Shown piece after piece: positions 59,234-64,000 of a stretch of 64,000 bases of DNA (position 1 is its first letter; every line of letters starts with the position of its first letter). The notes beneath the pieces were generated by a model, which saw only the letters and a list, made by a program, of their open reading frames with translations, had not been told where the DNA came from and did no database searches. Both the position numbers and the translations under genes were made by a program. The DNA is from the human T2T-CHM13v2.0 reference genome, Homo sapiens. The stretch lies in the NCBI RefSeq assembly GCF_009914755.1, contig NC_060939.1; one strand, given 5' to 3'.

Positions 59234-59773
59234 AGATGACAGCTGACAGTTCCTTTGAATTCTTCATCACATTCAGCTAATGTGTTTATTAGTTAAGTTA
59301 GCTCTCCACTATAGGTCCAATTCTTTATAGTTAACATTTATGAAATTATATTTATATATCATATACTGGCTGGGTATAGGAAAGACACTGCCCTGTCTTT
59401 ATTTATTGGGAAAGAGAAACGGCTTTTTATCCCTAGTTCTGTACCCCAGCTTTTTATTGTTTTGTAACTTCATTTTCTTTGTTTCTTTCTTGTGTCATTA
59501 TTGAATCATTTAAGGCTATGAACTTTCCTTTCGATGTAGTGTTAGCAATAGCCCATTAGTTCTGACATGTAATGTTTCCGTTATTGTTACAGACTGTTTC
59601 AGGTCTCCTTTTAAAATTTTCCTTCCATCTAGGATTGTTTGTGAGCTGGTTTAAAACTTGCCAGGTGTGTGGGATTTTATTGCCTTTACTCTCCTTTGTT
59701 GAAATAAAGTTGCATTACCTAATAGTCAAGAATGTGGTCTGTTCTCTGTCTCTTTCTTTAATGTTGTGGCAAT

Positions 59774-59920
59774 GGCCAGGAGTGGTGGCTCACACCTCTA
59801 ATCCCAGCACTTTGGGAGGTGAAAGCAGGAGGATAGCTTGAGCTTAGGAGTTCAAGACCAGCCTAGGCAACTTAATGAGACCCTATCTCTTTTTTAAAAA
59901 AATTTAAGACAAAAATAAAA
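59774..59920 (+). mobile_element. Alu left monomer (FLAM_C/AluJ)
   Basis: Single arm with an A-rich tail. Confidence 0.85.
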
Positions 59921-60130
59921 TAAACTTGTGGTTATATGTAAGATAAATAAAGAAAACATAAAATTGACCATTTTAACTTAATAGTGTATAGTTCTGTGGC
60001 ATCAGTCCATTCACACTGTTGGGCTAGTTCTCATTTTTACAGCTATGGAAATGTTAGTTGGCTTATTTCCTCTTCTCCCCCCCTCACATTAAAAAGTCAG
60101 TAATGTGTCTTGCTGAGCATGGGCCATTAT

Positions 60131-60620
60131 TCCATTCATTCATTCATTCATTCATTCATTCATTCATTTGAGACAGGGTCTTGCTCTGTTGCCCAGGCTA
60201 GAGGGCAATAGTGTGATCATAGCTCACTGCAGCCTCGAGCTCCTGGGCTCAACCAATCCTTCTGTCTCAACCTCCAGAGTAGCTGGGACTACAGGTGTGC
60301 ACCACTACACTGGGCTAATTTTAAAATTTTTTTGTAGCGATGGAGTCTCGTTATGTTGCCCGGACTGGTCTCGAACTCTTGGCCCCAAGTGACTCTCCCA
60401 CCTAGCCCTCCCATAGTGCTGGGATTATAGGTATAAACCACCACACCTGGCCTTTATTTATTTTTAAATTTTATTTTTAGAGATGGAGTCTCACCTTGTT
60501 GCCCAGGCTGGAATGCAGTAGCACAGTCATAGCTCACTACAGACTCAAACTCCTAGGCTCAAATGATTCTAAGTAGGTAGGACTATAGGTCCACACTCAG
60601 CTAATATTTTTAATTTTTAT
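60131..60620 (-). mobile_element. AluJ with (TTCA)n tail, followed by a second deleted Alu fragment
   Basis: (CATT)n at 60133-60167, dimer to 60452, partial arm 60455-60620. Confidence 0.88.
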
Positions 60621-61759
60621 GGTTCTCCTTGGTGTTCTGTTTATCCATTTACTGTTAGGAAGTAAATCCCCAAAGAGTATGTTTGCTTTGCCCGAGGGAG
60701 TCTTTTGCTACATACTGCTGTACATAATGAAAACTAAAACAGGGACTAACTTTTCAGCCTTGTGACCTTGTGGTGATTCAAACAGAAGCTTCATCAAAGG
60801 CAGATTCAGAAATGAACTTGGTGTGTGTAGGTGGCTATGCTTGGCATTATTGCCTATAAATAGTATGATAGGGATGATTTCAGTGTCCGCCAACAGGGAA
60901 CTGGTTAAGTAAACTGTGGTACATCCAAATGATGCATACTGTGCAGATGAAAAGAAGAATGAGAAAGACTCTGTACTCGTCTAGGAGAACCCGGATATAT
61001 TGTGTGTGTTTTTCTCCAGAGGAAAAAGGAATGGTATCATATGTGTGGTATGCTACTTTTTGTGTTGTAGAGAAGAGTAGAATAAGAATATACATGTGTA
61101 TTTGCAAAGATAAATTCTGAAAAGATACATAAGAAACCAATTAAAAGTGTTTGGCTGTGGAAGGAGTATAAGACTGTGAATGGGATTTTACTGCACACTT
61201 TTATGGTTATATTTAAAAATTTTCTGAACTATGTACTTGTACACATGACCCTTTTAAAAATAAGTGAATGGAGGAATGAAGTAGGATTATGAGAAAGAGA
61301 TAAGAACAAAGGATCTAAGGGGCTGCCCAACTTTTTATACCCAGTGAATATTAATACATAACCAATAGCAGCAAAAATTGGAAGAGTAGCCCCAGTAGGG
61401 TAGGGAGTCAGCCTTTCCTTTGTCTTTTCCTCAATTTCATATATTAAAAAAAATATTCTGAGAACAATAAAACAATTTGAAATAAAAATGTCTCCAGATC
61501 TCTTAAAATAAATGAAGATGGGGCAGCTTTACGTAGTGCACTTCCCAAAAATAGGCTGGTTTCCCTGAAGAGGAAGGGATTCTAGCCTACATGGGATACA
61601 TACGGGAGAAAAAATAAGAAAAAGAGATTTAAACATAAATAAATGAAAATAACACTTCTCCCTGATTACAAAGGAAATCACATTCTTTTTAAAATAAGTT
61701 GGATGACAAATATTAAGAAAAATCTTTAATTTGCCACTCAAAACATTCCAGTTTGTTGC

Positions 61760-62056
61760 TTTTTTTTTTTTTGGAGATGGAGTCTCGCTTTATTGCCCAG
61801 GCTGGAGTGCAGTGGCACAATCTCAGCTCACTGGAAGCTCTGCCTCCCGGGTTGACGCCATTCACCTGCCTCAGCCTACTGAGTAGCTGGGACTACAGGC
61901 ACCCGCCACCACACCCAGCTAATTTTTTTTGTATTTTTAGTAGAGACGGGGTTTCACCGTGTCAGCCAGGACGGTCTGGATCACCTGACCTCGTGATCCG
62001 CCCCCTTCGGCCTGCCAAAGTGCTGGGATTACAGGCGTGAGCCACCGCGCCCAGCC
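61760..62056 (-). mobile_element. AluY
   Basis: AluY diagnostics; GT.TGTTGCTTTTT flanks. Confidence 0.93.
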
Positions 62057-62689
62057 GGTGTGTTGCTTTTTATATCTTTTTATACATGTAAACATTTTGA
62101 AAAGTAGAATCATAATAGATAATCTTTTGTCACTAACTATATTTTGGGCATATTTCTGTGGCAGTAAATATATCCTGGCATCATCATTTTTAATAGCTGG
62201 ATGTATATTAAGTTAATCATTGGCACCCCAGAGGTGAATTTTCTTATATACACATTTTAATGGACTCGAGCAAGCATTTTTGGACTGAATTCATAGAAGT
62301 AGAATTTCTGGAGGGTAATAATTTTTAGGGTCTTTAATAGAAATTTTCAAATTATCCTCCAGGAAAAGTGGCTAAGTTTATACTCCCACCAACAGGGACA
62401 GAGCTCCAGGTTCCCCCTTCCATTTGTCATCGTTGTGCCTTTATACAGAAAATGTCATTGTTTTCATGACATTTCCTTGATTTCTAGTGCTTTTGAATCT
62501 TTTTTATATACCTATTGGCCATTTTTATTTTTGTGAGTAGTGCCTGTTTCTCTATTGCCCATTTTTTGTTGAAAATCATTTGTTTTTTGTTTCTGAGTAA
62601 TTTTAAACATTTCTTTATAGGCTAAGGATACAAACTTTTTATTTGTCACTGAGGTTACAAAAACTTTCTCCTAGTAAGTAATTTGTCAT

Positions 62690-62882
62690 TTCATTTTATT
62701 TTTTCTATTCTTTCTTCCTACCCTTCCCTTTCCTTTTTTTCCTTTCCTTTCTTTTTTCTTTCCTTTCTTTCCTTCCTTTTTTCCTTTTCTTTCTTTCTTT
62801 CCTTCCTTCTTTTCTTTTTCCTTTTCCCCTTCACTCCCTCCCTCCTTCCCTCCCTCCTTCCTTCCTTTCTTCCTTCTCCCTC
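62690..62882. repeat. CT-rich low-complexity tract (TTTC/TTCC/TCCC)
   Basis: About 190 nt of almost pure pyrimidines on the + strand. Confidence 0.95.
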
Positions 62883-62988
62883 CAAACTCCAAAGTCACAT
62901 TTCACTTCATTTTTATCCTGCCAAATTTGAAAGCTTTTTAACTTAGTGATTTTTGTGTAAACAGGAGCAGGAGAGAATGTAATTATCT

Positions 62989-63263
62989 AGGTCTCGCTAT
63001 GTCACCCAGGCTGGAGTGCAGTGCCATAATCATAGCTACTGCAGCCTCGAACTCCTGGGCAGAAGCAGTTTTCCCACCTCAGCCTGCTGACTAGCTAGGA
63101 CTACAGGTGTGTGCCACCATGCCCAGCTGTTTTTTAAAATTTTTTGTAGAGATGTGAATTCGCTATGCTTCCCAGGCTTGTCTTGAACTCCTGACGTCAA
63201 GTAATCCTCCCACCTTGGCTTGTCAAAGTACTAGGATTACAGATGTGTACTACTGCTCCTGGC
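62989..63263 (-). mobile_element. AluJ
   Basis: Diverged dimer lacking its tail. Confidence 0.88.
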
Positions 63264-64000
63264 TGAGAGTTTAATTTTCTTTGCTAGTGATGTTCTTGGT
63301 ATCTTTTCATATTTGAGGCTTTGGTGCTAGTGCTGAAGTATTACACTCACCATCCAAGGTTTATAGGACTTTTGTGTTAATATGGAACAGACAGAACTGT
63401 TTAGTTCTGCATCTTTGCAGGCACACAAAATGTGCCTACCAGGACGCTGCTTTATATCCATTGAAAGCAAGAAGTAATACAGTAAAACTTTGCCTGGCTA
63501 GAGGCTTTGAAGGAATGGAGTGTTCTGGTTGAATTCTATTAACTTGGAAGTATGAAGGTGAAAAAAATTCAGAACTTAAATTTCCTTGGAATGCAATTTG
63601 AAAATATAGCCAATGATTCCACTTTTCTTCTCTAGTAAGTTTGGACATTCCAATCTACTTGGTGTTTTATTATAGAACTCCTACTGTGCCTGAGACTTAT
63701 ATTGTGAAGATACTTTTTTAAAATTTTAGCTGTAAGAGGATGTAAATGGTTTTGTATGAAGTCAGGCTGGATGAGAACTAATACTTGTAAATATGTTTTT
63801 TAGACTAAACTTCTGACTGCCACTTGTTTTCTTATTGAACTCATAAAAATAAAACACATTGGATGGAGGGTGGGAGTAGGAAGGAGAGTTAAGTGTTTTA
63901 ATTGCATGTCATTGTTTCATATCGAGATAGAATATATAGTATCCCTGGCTTTGGACCTACAGAAGAAACACATTTTTCTACCTGCTGTATGGCAGAGGTT

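Overview
Primate (almost certainly human) genomic DNA, mostly intronic and dominated by transposable elements. The only recognisable gene sequence is two + strand exons of OTUD7A (Cezanne-2 deubiquitinase): a 95-nt 5' exon (22550-22644) and the first coding exon (24376-24530, [50 protein letters not shown]). No further OTUD7A exon is visible, so this is either OTUD7A itself or, more likely on orientation and downstream context, its partial 15q13 segmental duplicate. Repeats include a two-LTR THE1 element, a nested L1M/L1PA/L1PB1/AluY stack, a near full-length Tigger1, a full-length L1PA, ERV1/LTR12/MaLR LTRs and many Alus. Main observations: (1) a ~250-bp unique-looking segment occurs twice, 11.6 kb apart, and each copy carries a splice-site-bounded 54-nt open antisense exon candidate; (2) the full-length L1PA has no target-site duplication and looks like an L1PA5/L1PA3-4 chimera, a candidate rearrangement junction; (3) a genomic Alu carries an ADAR-type A-to-G hyper-editing signature and is fused to ERV LTR fragments; (4) the OTUD7A 5' exon is open in frame with the CDS and carries uORFs; (5) perfect, recent tandem duplications lie inside old L1s. 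Repeat subfamily names come from recalled consensus sequences, not from a search.
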